From positions 1 through 56,593 of the forward strand of contig JAFYWD010000169.1 of the NCBI GenBank assembly GCA_017558205.1: DNA of 56,593 bases, given 5' to 3'. The first letter of the stretch is position 1. Every line of letters begins with the position of its first letter. Positions 18,967 to 28,439 of the stretch are shown piece after piece. A program made the translations under genes and the position numbers. The DNA comes from Lachnospiraceae bacterium (GTDB lineage: Bacteria; Bacillota; Clostridia; Lachnospirales; Lachnospiraceae). The notes below the pieces were generated by a model. It ran no database searches. It was not told where the DNA came from and saw only the letters and a program-made list of their open reading frames with translations.

Positions 18967-20733
18967 CTATTTTAAAGAATTTGCTGTAATAAAAAACTGA
19001 TAATATACACCTTTTTTTTCTAATAGTGTGTAATGATTGCCTTCTTCTACAATTCCTTCCTCCGTTAGCACTAAAATTCTGTCAGAATTCTGAATACTGC
19101 TTAATCTGTGGGCTATGGTCAGAGTCGTTCTTCCCCTGGATAGTTCAGTCAAAGATTTTGCTACCTCAAATTCACTTTCATTATCAAGGGCTGATGTGGC
19201 TTCATCTAAAATGATAATAGGCGGATTCTTTAAAAATACTCTGGCAATACTGATTCTCTGCTTCTGTCCTCCGGAAAGCTTTACACCTCTCTCCCCTACA
19301 TAGGTATGATAGCCGTCCTTTAATTTTTCAATAAATTCATGGGCTCCTGCTGCCTTGGCAGCTGCCACCACCTCTTCCATGGCTGCTCCTTTTTTCCCAT
19401 AGGCAATGTTTTCATAGACCGTACCTGAAAAAAGATAGATTTCCTGCTGTACCATTCCAATATTTTTACGAAGACTTTTTAAGGTCAGACTTTTGATTTC
19501 CTTGCCATCTATATAGATATTCCCTTTGGTAACATCATAGAACCTGGGAATCAAATTACACAACGTTGTCTTTCCGCCGCCCGAGGGTCCAACAATGGCA
19601 ACCTTTTCTCCCGGTGAAATCTTAAGATTCAGATTTTGAAATACCCGGTTATGGTCATCCGGGTATTCGAATTCCACATTTTCAAAAAGGATTTCTCCCT
19701 GCGGCTTCTGAAGCTCCACAGCTCCCGGCTCATCAAAGATTTCAATATCCGCATCCATAATTTCCAGGAAGCGCTCAATTCCTGTCATTCCTCTCTGAAA
19801 CTGCTCAAAAAATTCAATAATTCTTCGGATAGTAGCAATCAGGGTAGTGACATATAAAATATACGCTACCAAATCTCCCGGAAGAATCCAGCCCCGGATC
19901 ATAAAAATCCCACCTGCTACCAGCACCGTTAAATACATTAAGCCGTCAAAAATTTTAACACTTGTCTGGAAGCGTGCCATATAACGATAGGCTTCCTTCT
20001 TAATCTCTAAAAACTTACCATTGTCCTTTTCAAATTTATCCTTTTCTACTTCTTCATTGGCAAAGGCTTTTACTACCTTATGCCCTAAAAGACTGTCCTC
20101 TATTCTGGCATTCAGCTCCCCAACCTGTCCTCTTTGCTGACGAAAGACCTTCTTCATTTTCTGATTCAGCTTAATACATACCAGCAGCATCACGGGAACG
20201 ATCACAAAAATTAAAACAGTAAGAGGTAAATGTACCCTCATTAAAATCAGAAAGGATGCCAGAATCTTTATTCCGGCAATAAAAAATTCCTCCGGGCAAT
20301 GATGGGCAAACTCCGTAACATCAAACAGGTCATTGGTAATTCGACCCATGATCTGTCCTACCTTAGTATTATTATAATAGGTATCTGACAGCTTCTGCAG
20401 ATGGGAATAGGCATCTCTTCTCATATCTGTCTCAATAAAGGCTCCCATCACGTGTCCCATATTAGCCATATAATATCCGGCTATACAGTCGATAACCCTT
20501 AACACCAGATACAGCATTCCCAGACCGACAATGGTATTTAAAGACAGGGCTGCTAAATTTGAAATTCCTTCATTCGTAATGTAACGCATAATTAAAGGCA
20601 GAACCAGCTCACACAGTGTAGTCAGTGCCGCACAAAAAAGATCCAAAAATAAAATCTTTTTATAAGGTTTAAAATAGGGAAAAAACCTTTTCATCAGTTC
20701 CTTTGTTTCATAATTTTTTTCTACTTTTATCAT
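18967..20733 (-). CDS. ABC transporter ATP-binding/permease fusion (MsbA/MdlB-type exporter half-transporter)
   Basis: Six-TM domain followed by Walker A GPSGGGKTT, signature LSGGQKQR and Walker B IIILDEATS. Start placed at ATG 20733 (MIKVEKNY) behind AGGAGG. Confidence 0.9.
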   Translation of the reverse strand: MIKVEKNYETKELMKRFFPYFKPYKKILFLDLFCAALTTLCELVLPLIMRYITNEGISNLAALSLNTIVGLGMLYLVLRVIDCIAGYYMANMGHVMGAFIETDMRRDAYSHLQKLSDTYYNNTKVGQIMGRITNDLFDVTEFAHHCPEEFFIAGIKILASFLILMRVHLPLTVLIFVIVPVMLLVCIKLNQKMKKVFRQQRGQVGELNARIEDSLLGHKVVKAFANEEVEKDKFEKDNGKFLEIKKEAYRYMARFQTSVKIFDGLMYLTVLVAGGIFMIRGWILPGDLVAYILYVTTLIATIRRIIEFFEQFQRGMTGIERFLEIMDADIEIFDEPGAVELQKPQGEILFENVEFEYPDDHNRVFQNLNLKISPGEKVAIVGPSGGGKTTLCNLIPRFYDVTKGNIYIDGKEIKSLTLKSLRKNIGMVQQEIYLFSGTVYENIAYGKKGAAMEEVVAAAKAAGAHEFIEKLKDGYHTYVGERGVKLSGGQKQRISIARVFLKNPPIIILDEATSALDNESEFEVAKSLTELSRGRTTLTIAHRLSSIQNSDRILVLTEEGIVEEGNHYTLLEKKGVYYQFFITANSLK

Positions 20734-20905
20734 TTTGCCTCCTTTTCTATGTATTTCTATCTTAGCAAGATTTAAAAAAAATTCAAGTTTCATAAAATTT
20801 TTATTCTTTTCCTTAAAAGATATGATATACTTATAAAAGTTGTGATTTGGTATCACACAAGAAGATAATATCATCTTAAATACTGTGTAATAGGAGAATT
20901 TAAAC

Positions 20906-22084
20906 ATGAGTGAAAACACAATGAGTAAAAGCAAGGCAAAACGTAAAGCCAGGCTGGAGGAAAGCAAAAAAGCAAAGCGTGAAGCAAAAAGAGGTACTTT
21001 TATCGCAAATTTTGTCATTATTTTAATTGTAGCAATATTTGCTGTTGCTGTCGGAGCACTTATTTATACTAAGGTAACCACTACTACCGCCAGCAGTGAT
21101 TACGGTGCCTTTTTGAATGAAGACGGTACTCTCCGTGATGTGAATCCTACGGATTACGTAGAAGCATTAGATTACAAAAATATTGTAGTACCTGCAGCTG
21201 AGGTAGAATACACAGAGGAGGAAATGCAGGCTGCCATCGATTCTGCTCTCTCTTCCCATAAAGAATTAAACAGCGATGCTGCTTTAACCGTTGCTGATGG
21301 TGATACCGTAAACATTGATTATGTAGGAACTGTTGACGGTGTGGAATTCGAAGGCGGAAATACCGGCGGAAGTGGTGCCGATCTTACCATAGGGTCCGGC
21401 TCCTATGTAGATACCTTTGAACAACAGTTAATCGGAAGTCATCCCGGTGATCAGGTATTGGTTACAGTTACCTTCCCTGAGGATTACTCTTCCGAAGATT
21501 TACAGGGAAAAGAAGCCGAGTTTGATGTTACTGTTAACGGAATCTATGAGACCCCGGAATTTAGTGATGAATTTGTAGCTACCAACCTTTCTGACAAGGC
21601 TGCTACCATGGAAGAATACCGCAACTATTTAAAAGAAACTAATGAAGCTACCAAGCTGGATACCTATCTTTCCACTTATATTAGCGACAATGCCACATCA
21701 AAGGCTGCCAATGAAGGACATATTAAATATCTGAAGGGAATTGGCAAATATGATCAGGAAACCTACTACAACTCTTATAACGAAACTTATGTTATGATGA
21801 CAGGTTCTCCTGCCTTTAACAGCTTCTCTGAGTTTACCGGAATGAGCAATTCTGAGTTCGAGGCTTATTTACAGGAAGAAGCTGAAAAACGCTCTACTCT
21901 TGATATGACTTATCAGTATATCTTTACTGATGCCGGTCTGTCCATTTCTGAGGAGGATTATCAGGCAAAGGTGGAATCTATTGGTTCTGAATCTGCCCAG
22001 ACCTACGGAAAGGGTTATGTAATGCAGATGTTAATGCAGGATAAGGTTCTTGCTTATCTTGCAGAAAATGTAACTGTTGAATAA
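20906..22084 (+). CDS. membrane-anchored trigger-factor-like FKBP-type peptidyl-prolyl isomerase
   Basis: Lys-rich N-terminus plus one TM helix. The FKBP/trigger-factor PPIase core follows (GDTVNIDYVGTVDGVEFEGG...FPEDY...LQGKEAEFDVTV), then a trigger-factor C-domain-like region. Confidence 0.7.
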   Translation: MSENTMSKSKAKRKARLEESKKAKREAKRGTFIANFVIILIVAIFAVAVGALIYTKVTTTTASSDYGAFLNEDGTLRDVNPTDYVEALDYKNIVVPAAEVEYTEEEMQAAIDSALSSHKELNSDAALTVADGDTVNIDYVGTVDGVEFEGGNTGGSGADLTIGSGSYVDTFEQQLIGSHPGDQVLVTVTFPEDYSSEDLQGKEAEFDVTVNGIYETPEFSDEFVATNLSDKAATMEEYRNYLKETNEATKLDTYLSTYISDNATSKAANEGHIKYLKGIGKYDQETYYNSYNETYVMMTGSPAFNSFSEFTGMSNSEFEAYLQEEAEKRSTLDMTYQYIFTDAGLSISEEDYQAKVESIGSESAQTYGKGYVMQMLMQDKVLAYLAENVTVE

Positions 22085-22105
22085 AATATTTTCCCAAGAA
22101 AAGGA

Positions 22106-22138
22106 TAAAAAAACTGCCCTTTATGGGCAGTTTTTTTT
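22106..22138. terminator. bidirectional terminator (PPIase gene / RsmF-like gene)
   Basis: CTGCCC-tttat-GGGCAG flanked by A8 and T8. Confidence 0.75.
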
Positions 22139-23510
22139 ATCCTTTTCTTAATCCTTTCGGATAATGATTCTTTATCATTCCTCCCGCAAGCTTTCCCCAG
22201 CCTATACTATAGCCTTCAACCAGCATCAGATACCAGCCTTTCTCTCCTTCACAGGAAAGAGTATTGCCTGACAAATATTGGAAAATCTCCTGTTCTTCCA
22301 CCTTCATATTGTATGTATGGGTTACCTGTTCCTTGCCTAATGAAAGAGCCAGGGCATGTGAGGGTTCGAAACGATTCTTTTTCAGACTTCCCAAATGAAG
22401 TCCCGGCCTTAGAACCTTAAGCCCTTTTAAATCAGGACATTCCTCCGGCAATAAATATAATTGTTCTCCAAAGGTAATCACTCGATCCGGAAGAGAAAAG
22501 GTCAGATGCTTTTTCACAAATTCTTCCAAATCCTTAAACTCCTTAATCTTTTTCACCGGTTCCCCTGTTCCTTTTAGTTTTCCTTCTTCTATCTCTTTTT
22601 GTTCACCGGCTTTTTTATAGAGAGCAATAAAATGTCCTTCACCTTTTAGCTTGTGAGGCCAAAGTCTTATTGTTTTACTGATTTCCTGATTTTTTTCCTC
22701 GGTCCATAAATAATTTCCCCGGCTCATTCCCTCTTTCATTTCCGGCTCAAGTAATGAAAACTCCGGATATTTTTTCAAAAAACGCTCTACACAGCCTTCA
22801 TTTTCCTGTGGGGCAAAGGTGCAGGTTGAATAACACAGTATTCCTCCGGGACGAAGCATTTTTACCACATCCTCTAAAATTTCATCCTGCCTCTTGGCAC
22901 ACATTTCTACATTACTAAGACTCCACTCCTCTAATGCTTCCTCATTTTTTCGAAACATACCTTCTCCCGAGCAGGGAGCATCTACTAAAATTTTATCAAA
23001 AAACCGGGGAAAATGCTTTGCCAGCTTACCCGGTGTTTCATTGGTAACAATAGCATTTCTTATTCCCATTCGTTCTATATTTTCAGAAAGTATCTTGGCT
23101 CTTGCCGGATGAATCTCATTACATACCAACAGTCCCTCTCCTTTCATGGCAGCTGCCAGGGCAGTACTTTTCCCGCCCGGTGCCCCGCATAAGTCCAGTA
23201 CTCTATCCTTAGGACCGGAGCCCAGATATTCTGCTACCGCCATGGCACTGGGTTCCTGAATATAGTACAAACCGGCTGCATGATAGGGATGCCTTCCCGG
23301 CTGGTTTTCTTTTCCATAATAATAGCCGGTGGCACACCAGGGAATTGGCTCCAAATCAAAGGGCAGCTGTTTTAAAAACTCTTCCTCTGAAATCTTTAAG
23401 CTGTTTCTTCTTAAGCCATGATACCTGGGCTTTTCATAGCTTTGCATAAATTCTTCATATTCTGACGGAAGCATCTCCTTCATTCGCTGTTCAAATTCTA
23501 TGGGCAGCAT
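22137..23510 (-). CDS. NOL1/NOP2/Sun-family rRNA m5C methyltransferase (RsmF/YebU-like)
   Basis: DLCGAPGGKS SAM motif and DAPCSGEG / STCT catalytic Cys motifs, with a C-terminal PUA-like extension. Its RBS (AGGAGG) overlaps the stop codon of the upstream gene. Confidence 0.85.
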   Translation of the reverse strand: MLPIEFEQRMKEMLPSEYEEFMQSYEKPRYHGLRRNSLKISEEEFLKQLPFDLEPIPWCATGYYYGKENQPGRHPYHAAGLYYIQEPSAMAVAEYLGSGPKDRVLDLCGAPGGKSTALAAAMKGEGLLVCNEIHPARAKILSENIERMGIRNAIVTNETPGKLAKHFPRFFDKILVDAPCSGEGMFRKNEEALEEWSLSNVEMCAKRQDEILEDVVKMLRPGGILCYSTCTFAPQENEGCVERFLKKYPEFSLLEPEMKEGMSRGNYLWTEEKNQEISKTIRLWPHKLKGEGHFIALYKKAGEQKEIEEGKLKGTGEPVKKIKEFKDLEEFVKKHLTFSLPDRVITFGEQLYLLPEECPDLKGLKVLRPGLHLGSLKKNRFEPSHALALSLGKEQVTHTYNMKVEEQEIFQYLSGNTLSCEGEKGWYLMLVEGYSIGWGKLAGGMIKNHYPKGLRKG

Positions 23511-23520
23511 AGCCTTCCTC

Positions 23521-26205
23521 CTATTGCGATTCCTTATTTTCTAAAATATCCTGAAAAATAATTTCCTTTAAATATAGTTTACTATTTTCTTTTTTCTCCA
23601 TGTAGCTTTCACGAAATTCTGTTTTTTTTCTGCTGATTTCTTCCTTTAAATCACCGGCAGATAACAGATAACACCCCTGTCCTCTGATAATAATCTGCTC
23701 CAGACCATCTGAGGTAGCTACTGTGATTCGATACTCTTTTGCATGCCTGGCAGCAAATTTTTCAATATATTGATCGGCAGTTTCTGCTTCTTTGGTAAAA
23801 ACAATTTTAATATTATGCTCCTCCAGCACCTCAACTCTATGTCCCTGAAGTCGGTAGGCATCATATACTACCATGAGCTGTATTCCCTTCATGGCTGCAT
23901 AATCAGATAAAATTTCCTGTAGTTTTCCTCTGGCAGCATCTAAATTCACCTCTGCTAATTCCTTTAATTCTTCCCAGGCAAAAATAATATTATAGCCATC
24001 TACCAAAAGATATTCCTCCTTGGCAGACTGTCCTTTGTAGATTCTTTCTCCCGAAGGAATAATTTCAGATTTTTTGCTGTACTTCCAGCCAACTGCTTTA
24101 TTTCCTTCTTTTTTTCTATTGGAATAAAAGGTTCTTTCTAAAATAGCATCTATTTCCTCAGTACCAAGTACTATTTCCTGTTCTGACCTTTGAGAAACTT
24201 TTATTTCTCTGCTTGCTTCCTCTTTTGACTGTTCCTTATAGGCATAAGGAAGATGCATCCGTTCTTCCACCTGATCCCACTCCACATACACACCGGCTCC
24301 ATGACTGCAAAAAATACTGCCACAGGGATTCTGCTGATCCCTCTCCGGAGAATAGCCTGCCATCTCCAATACCACTGTTTCATTATGACAGTAGTCATAG
24401 CCTCCGGGCAAACATTCCAGCTTTCCCTGACCTTTGGTATATGCCATAACCTCCTTTTGATATTCCTGCATTGTCACTACCGGACATTTTCCCTTTAGAA
24501 GGGAAACCTCTTCCTCTCCTATGGAGTTTAATTGTTCCAGTCTATATTCCGCGCACATCCTTTGCAGATCAGACATAGCCCTTCCTACCATGGTATTAGG
24601 AATCTCCAGAGAAAATTCATAGACCGGCTCCAACAATCTGCTGTTTGCTTTTCTCAAGCCCTGACGTATTGCCCGATAGGTAGCCTGCCTGAAGTCTCCT
24701 CCTTCTGTGTGCTTATTATGTGCCTTGCCCGATAGCAAGGTGATTTTTATATCTGTAATAGGTGCTCCCGTTAATACTCCTCTATGTTCCTTCTCTGCTA
24801 TATGACTTAGGATTAATCTTTGCCAGTTTCGATCCAAAAGATCCTCACTGCAGTCTGTATCAATCTGTATTCCACTTCCCTCAGGTAAAGGCTCCAGTAA
24901 AACATGAACCTCTGCATAATGACGAAGGGGTTCAAAATGACCGATGCCTTCCACCGTATTCTCTATGGTTTCCTTATACAGAATTTCTCCACTGGTAAAT
25001 TCAATGGGTACTCCCAGTTTTGTCTCCGCCAATTCTTTCAGAACCTGCAACTGAATTTCTCCCATGACCTTACAACGGATAAACTCTTCTTCTTCCATCC
25101 TGGTAATCTGTAAATTAGGCTCCTCCTCTTCCAATTGCTTTAGCTTCTCGTAAGCTACAAAAAGATTCGTATTTTCCGGCAACAAAATAGAATAGGTTAA
25201 TACCGGCTCTAAAACTCCGTGGCTATTCTCAGTTTCCTTTCCCAAGGCCTGTCCTGCATATGTTTTTTCCAGCCCCATCACTGCCACAATTTCTCCCGGA
25301 TAGGCTGTATTTACATTTTCATAAGATATCCCATTATAAAAGCGCAGTTGGTCTGCCTTCTCCGGTGGAAAGAGGACACCTCCCCTGTCTCTTCCTTCAA
25401 TCATCTGCTTTACTGAAAGACTTCCTCCGGTAATTTTCATATAAGTTATTCTCTGTCCCTGAGTATCTCTTCCTATTTTATATACCTTAGCTGCAAATTC
25501 CTTTCCATAGGTCTTTCTTTCCAGGTAAGTATCCAGTCCCTCCAATAGTTCCTGCACTCCAAAATCTTTTAATGCTGAACCAAAATAGCAGGGAAAAACC
25601 TTTCTATTTCTTATCAATCTTTGAATATCATGAATTTGTGGATTCTGTCCCTCCAAATATGTTTCCAGTAGCTGTTCCTCGCCTAATGCCAGCTCCTCAA
25701 AAAACTCTACTCCTTTTTCAGAAAAATTCACACAGCCGTCACTTAATTTTTCCTTTAATTCCTTTAAGATACTCTGTTCACTTCTTTTATTTTGATCCAT
25801 TTTATTTACAAACACAAAAACAGGAATTCCATTCCTCTCTAATAACTTCCAGAGAGTTTTTGTATGACTTTGTACTCCATCTGTACCACTGATTACCAAA
25901 ATAGCATAATCCATTACCTGAAGTGTTCTTTCTGCCTCAGAACCAAAATCCGCATGGCCCGGTGTATCTAACAAAGTAAACTTAAAATTTTCCACAGAAA
26001 AAATAGCCTGTTTAGAAAAGATTGTTATCCCTCTTTCTCTTTCCAGGCTATGAGTATCTAAAAAAGTATCCCTGTGATCTACTCTTCCTGCTTTACTAAT
26101 AGCCCCTGTCTTAAACAAAAGCTGTTCAGAAAGAGTAGTTTTACCGGCATCCACATGAGCCAAAATGCCTATAACCAAATTATTTTTTAATGCCTCCTCA
26201 GGCAT
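23521..26205 (-). CDS. translational GTPase (EF-G/TetM ribosomal-protection-like) fused to a C-terminal YacP/Rae1-type NYN ribonuclease domain
   Basis: Single open frame. G1 AHVDAGKTT, RGITI, G3 DTPGH and G4 NKMD, followed by domains II-V colinear with Tet(M). The C-terminal ~140 aa (LLVDGYNIIFAW...VVYDAY...IVFTKEAETADQYIEKF...VATSDGLEQ) match YacP. Start placed at ATG 26205 behind AAGGAG. Confidence 0.85.
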   Translation of the reverse strand: MPEEALKNNLVIGILAHVDAGKTTLSEQLLFKTGAISKAGRVDHRDTFLDTHSLERERGITIFSKQAIFSVENFKFTLLDTPGHADFGSEAERTLQVMDYAILVISGTDGVQSHTKTLWKLLERNGIPVFVFVNKMDQNKRSEQSILKELKEKLSDGCVNFSEKGVEFFEELALGEEQLLETYLEGQNPQIHDIQRLIRNRKVFPCYFGSALKDFGVQELLEGLDTYLERKTYGKEFAAKVYKIGRDTQGQRITYMKITGGSLSVKQMIEGRDRGGVLFPPEKADQLRFYNGISYENVNTAYPGEIVAVMGLEKTYAGQALGKETENSHGVLEPVLTYSILLPENTNLFVAYEKLKQLEEEEPNLQITRMEEEEFIRCKVMGEIQLQVLKELAETKLGVPIEFTSGEILYKETIENTVEGIGHFEPLRHYAEVHVLLEPLPEGSGIQIDTDCSEDLLDRNWQRLILSHIAEKEHRGVLTGAPITDIKITLLSGKAHNKHTEGGDFRQATYRAIRQGLRKANSRLLEPVYEFSLEIPNTMVGRAMSDLQRMCAEYRLEQLNSIGEEEVSLLKGKCPVVTMQEYQKEVMAYTKGQGKLECLPGGYDYCHNETVVLEMAGYSPERDQQNPCGSIFCSHGAGVYVEWDQVEERMHLPYAYKEQSKEEASREIKVSQRSEQEIVLGTEEIDAILERTFYSNRKKEGNKAVGWKYSKKSEIIPSGERIYKGQSAKEEYLLVDGYNIIFAWEELKELAEVNLDAARGKLQEILSDYAAMKGIQLMVVYDAYRLQGHRVEVLEEHNIKIVFTKEAETADQYIEKFAARHAKEYRITVATSDGLEQIIIRGQGCYLLSAGDLKEEISRKKTEFRESYMEKKENSKLYLKEIIFQDILENKESQ

Positions 26206-26247
26206 ATTAATTGCTCCTTTCTCTGTTACAAAATTCTCCCCATCCAA

Positions 26248-27477
26248 TTAATTCTCTGATTTTACAGATATCCTAAAAAATATGAGTCCTAAAACAAAAA
26301 ATACTGCAATTGCCCCTACACCTTTGTTAATATCTCCCGTAAGCTGGGAAACACTACTTACTACTGCCGTTCCGATAAAAGCAGCACCTTTTCCACAAAT
26401 ATCCATCAAACCAAAATATTCTCCTGCCCGTTCTGCGGGAATGATTTTAGTAAAATAGGAACGTGATAAGGCCTGAATTCCTCCCTGAAACATTCCTACT
26501 AAAACTGCCAGAGTAAAAAATTGTACTTGATTTTTCAAAAAATAAGCAAATACGGCAATTCCAAAATAAGCAATAATACAAATGGTAATCAAAACTTCTG
26601 CCCTGTATTTTTTTGCCAATCTTCCAAAAAGGATAGCAAAAGGGAAGGCTACAATCTGGGTTACCAGTAAAGCAACCAGAAGTCCCGTAGTATCAAGTCC
26701 CAAGGCAGAACCATAGGCAGTTGCCATATCAATAATCGTATAAACACCATCAATATAAAAGAAAAATGCTAATAGGAAGATAAAAATCTTCTTCTCCTGC
26801 TTCACATTCCGAAAGGTATTTCCTAAACGTTTAAAGCTTTCTGCAATTACATGAGGCTTTTTTTCCACATAATATTTCTGCTGGTAACGCCTTAATAAGG
26901 GAATGCTTAATAACACCCACCAAAGAGCCGTAATTAAAAAGGATAACATCATGGCAGTTCCCATAGAAATCCCAATACTGCTTCCTCCCAGCACAAGCAC
27001 CAGACAAATTAAAAACGGAATACAGCTGCCGATATAACCGAGAGCATAGCCTAAAGAAGAAACCTGATCCATTTTTTCTTCCGTGGTAATATCGGTCAGC
27101 ATAGCATCATAAAAAATCAGAGAACTGGAATAACCAACCTTTGCAATTACAAAAATGATTAAGAAAATCATCCATTGTTTGGCCAATCCCAGAGAAACAC
27201 AGCCTATTGCCCCTATCAGTAGAGCGGCCACAAAAATAGGTTTCTTTAAGCCCTTAGTATCAGCGATAGAGCCACAAACAGGACCCAGTAATGCTACAAT
27301 TAAGGTTGTAATGGAAGCTGCATATCCCCAATAGGCCAGATATTGTACTTCGGTTAATCCTCCACTTTCAGCCAGATAATTAAAATAAATAGGCATGATA
27401 GTTGCAATCAAAAGGGTAAAAGCAGAATTCCCCACATCATATAGTATCCAGCTTTTTTCTTCTTTAGAAAACTTCAT
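26248..27477 (-). CDS. MFS transporter (UMF1/ATG22-like family)
   Basis: 409 aa and about 12 TM helices, with an N-terminal WILYDVGNSAF motif typical of this MFS subfamily. Confidence 0.75.
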   Translation of the reverse strand: MKFSKEEKSWILYDVGNSAFTLLIATIMPIYFNYLAESGGLTEVQYLAYWGYAASITTLIVALLGPVCGSIADTKGLKKPIFVAALLIGAIGCVSLGLAKQWMIFLIIFVIAKVGYSSSLIFYDAMLTDITTEEKMDQVSSLGYALGYIGSCIPFLICLVLVLGGSSIGISMGTAMMLSFLITALWWVLLSIPLLRRYQQKYYVEKKPHVIAESFKRLGNTFRNVKQEKKIFIFLLAFFFYIDGVYTIIDMATAYGSALGLDTTGLLVALLVTQIVAFPFAILFGRLAKKYRAEVLITICIIAYFGIAVFAYFLKNQVQFFTLAVLVGMFQGGIQALSRSYFTKIIPAERAGEYFGLMDICGKGAAFIGTAVVSSVSQLTGDINKGVGAIAVFFVLGLIFFRISVKSEN

Positions 27478-27492
27478 TAATTTCTTCCTTCC

Positions 27493-28311
27493 TTACTGTT
27501 TTTCCCAATCCTTCAACTTAGAATCAAAATTATATTCATAGACAGGGTCCAGAGCCCTTCTCCCATCCAGATAATCCATGTACTCATTCAGCAAACGTAC
27601 TGCCAATACCTTCCCTTCTTCGAACAGAGTAAGTAATCTGTCGGTACACTGCTCACAGTACTGATTCTTTTCCTTGTTAATAATCAGGCCCTTATAAGTC
27701 TCATATTTTCCTGCCAGCTTTAATGCAGTGGTAAGTATGGTACGCTTAAACCTTCCCTTAGGAACAAGTAAATTTAAATAAAAAATCATATCAGAAATTG
27801 ATTTTTTCACTTCTTCTTCTGATAATTCAGGAAAAAAATCCTTAATCACCCTGGCATTTTCTTCTTTTGCATTGAGGTGTCCTGTTAATATTGCTTTTTC
27901 AGGATTTAATCCATCCCTTAACAGTATTTCCCTGTCAAGCTCAGCCTCGATTTCTAAATGATCTGCAATTTGCTTATCTACACTTTCATTTACAAAGCCA
28001 TGGCAGGTAACATCCAGTGTAAAATGACACAAAAAACCTAGAATATAAGATATATGGGCCTGACTATCCTGATGTTTTTCCAGCACCCGAGCTGCCTTTT
28101 CAAAAAATTCCCTTCCACTATGTTCATGCAAACGATATCCAAGGGTATTGACCTTATTTTTACTCAAAGCATTATAATAAAATAATAAATCAGGGCCATG
28201 AAGTCCTATTTGAAATAATTCAGGGTAAGCCTCTACAATTTCTTTTGCCTGTGGATTTAACTGCTTTCGTACTTCATCGCCTAATTTATAATGTGCATAT
28301 GTCGTAGGCAT
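27493..28311 (-). CDS. zinc-dependent phospholipase C family protein
   Basis: N-terminal TYAHYKLG, HGPDLLFY, and His-rich motifs (HxxxD, CHFTLD) typical of the Zn_dep_PLPC family. Start placed at ATG 28311 behind AGGAG. Confidence 0.65.
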   Translation of the reverse strand: MPTTYAHYKLGDEVRKQLNPQAKEIVEAYPELFQIGLHGPDLLFYYNALSKNKVNTLGYRLHEHSGREFFEKAARVLEKHQDSQAHISYILGFLCHFTLDVTCHGFVNESVDKQIADHLEIEAELDREILLRDGLNPEKAILTGHLNAKEENARVIKDFFPELSEEEVKKSISDMIFYLNLLVPKGRFKRTILTTALKLAGKYETYKGLIINKEKNQYCEQCTDRLLTLFEEGKVLAVRLLNEYMDYLDGRRALDPVYEYNFDSKLKDWEKQ

Positions 28312-28380
28312 CTTCTTTTCTCCTGTCTTATCAATAACATTCCCTAACATTCTATCATTCTGCCCACATTACTGCAACTA

Positions 28381-28418
28381 AAAAGAAAGGGGACATGATT
28401 ACATGCCCCTTCCTTTTT
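28381..28418. terminator. terminator hairpin after the MCP gene
   Basis: GAAAGGGGaCATG-atta-CATGCCCCTTCC stem with T-rich flanks on both strands. Confidence 0.6.
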
Positions 28419-28439
28419 ATGGTAATAAATATGACAATA

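Noticed and set aside
20734-21018. 95-codon N-terminal extension of the ABC exporter ORF
   Set aside because: The extension overlaps the divergent PPIase gene and its promoter. It reads as a low-complexity hydrophobic artefact. A strong AGGAGG precedes the internal ATG at 20733, where ABC-exporter homology starts.
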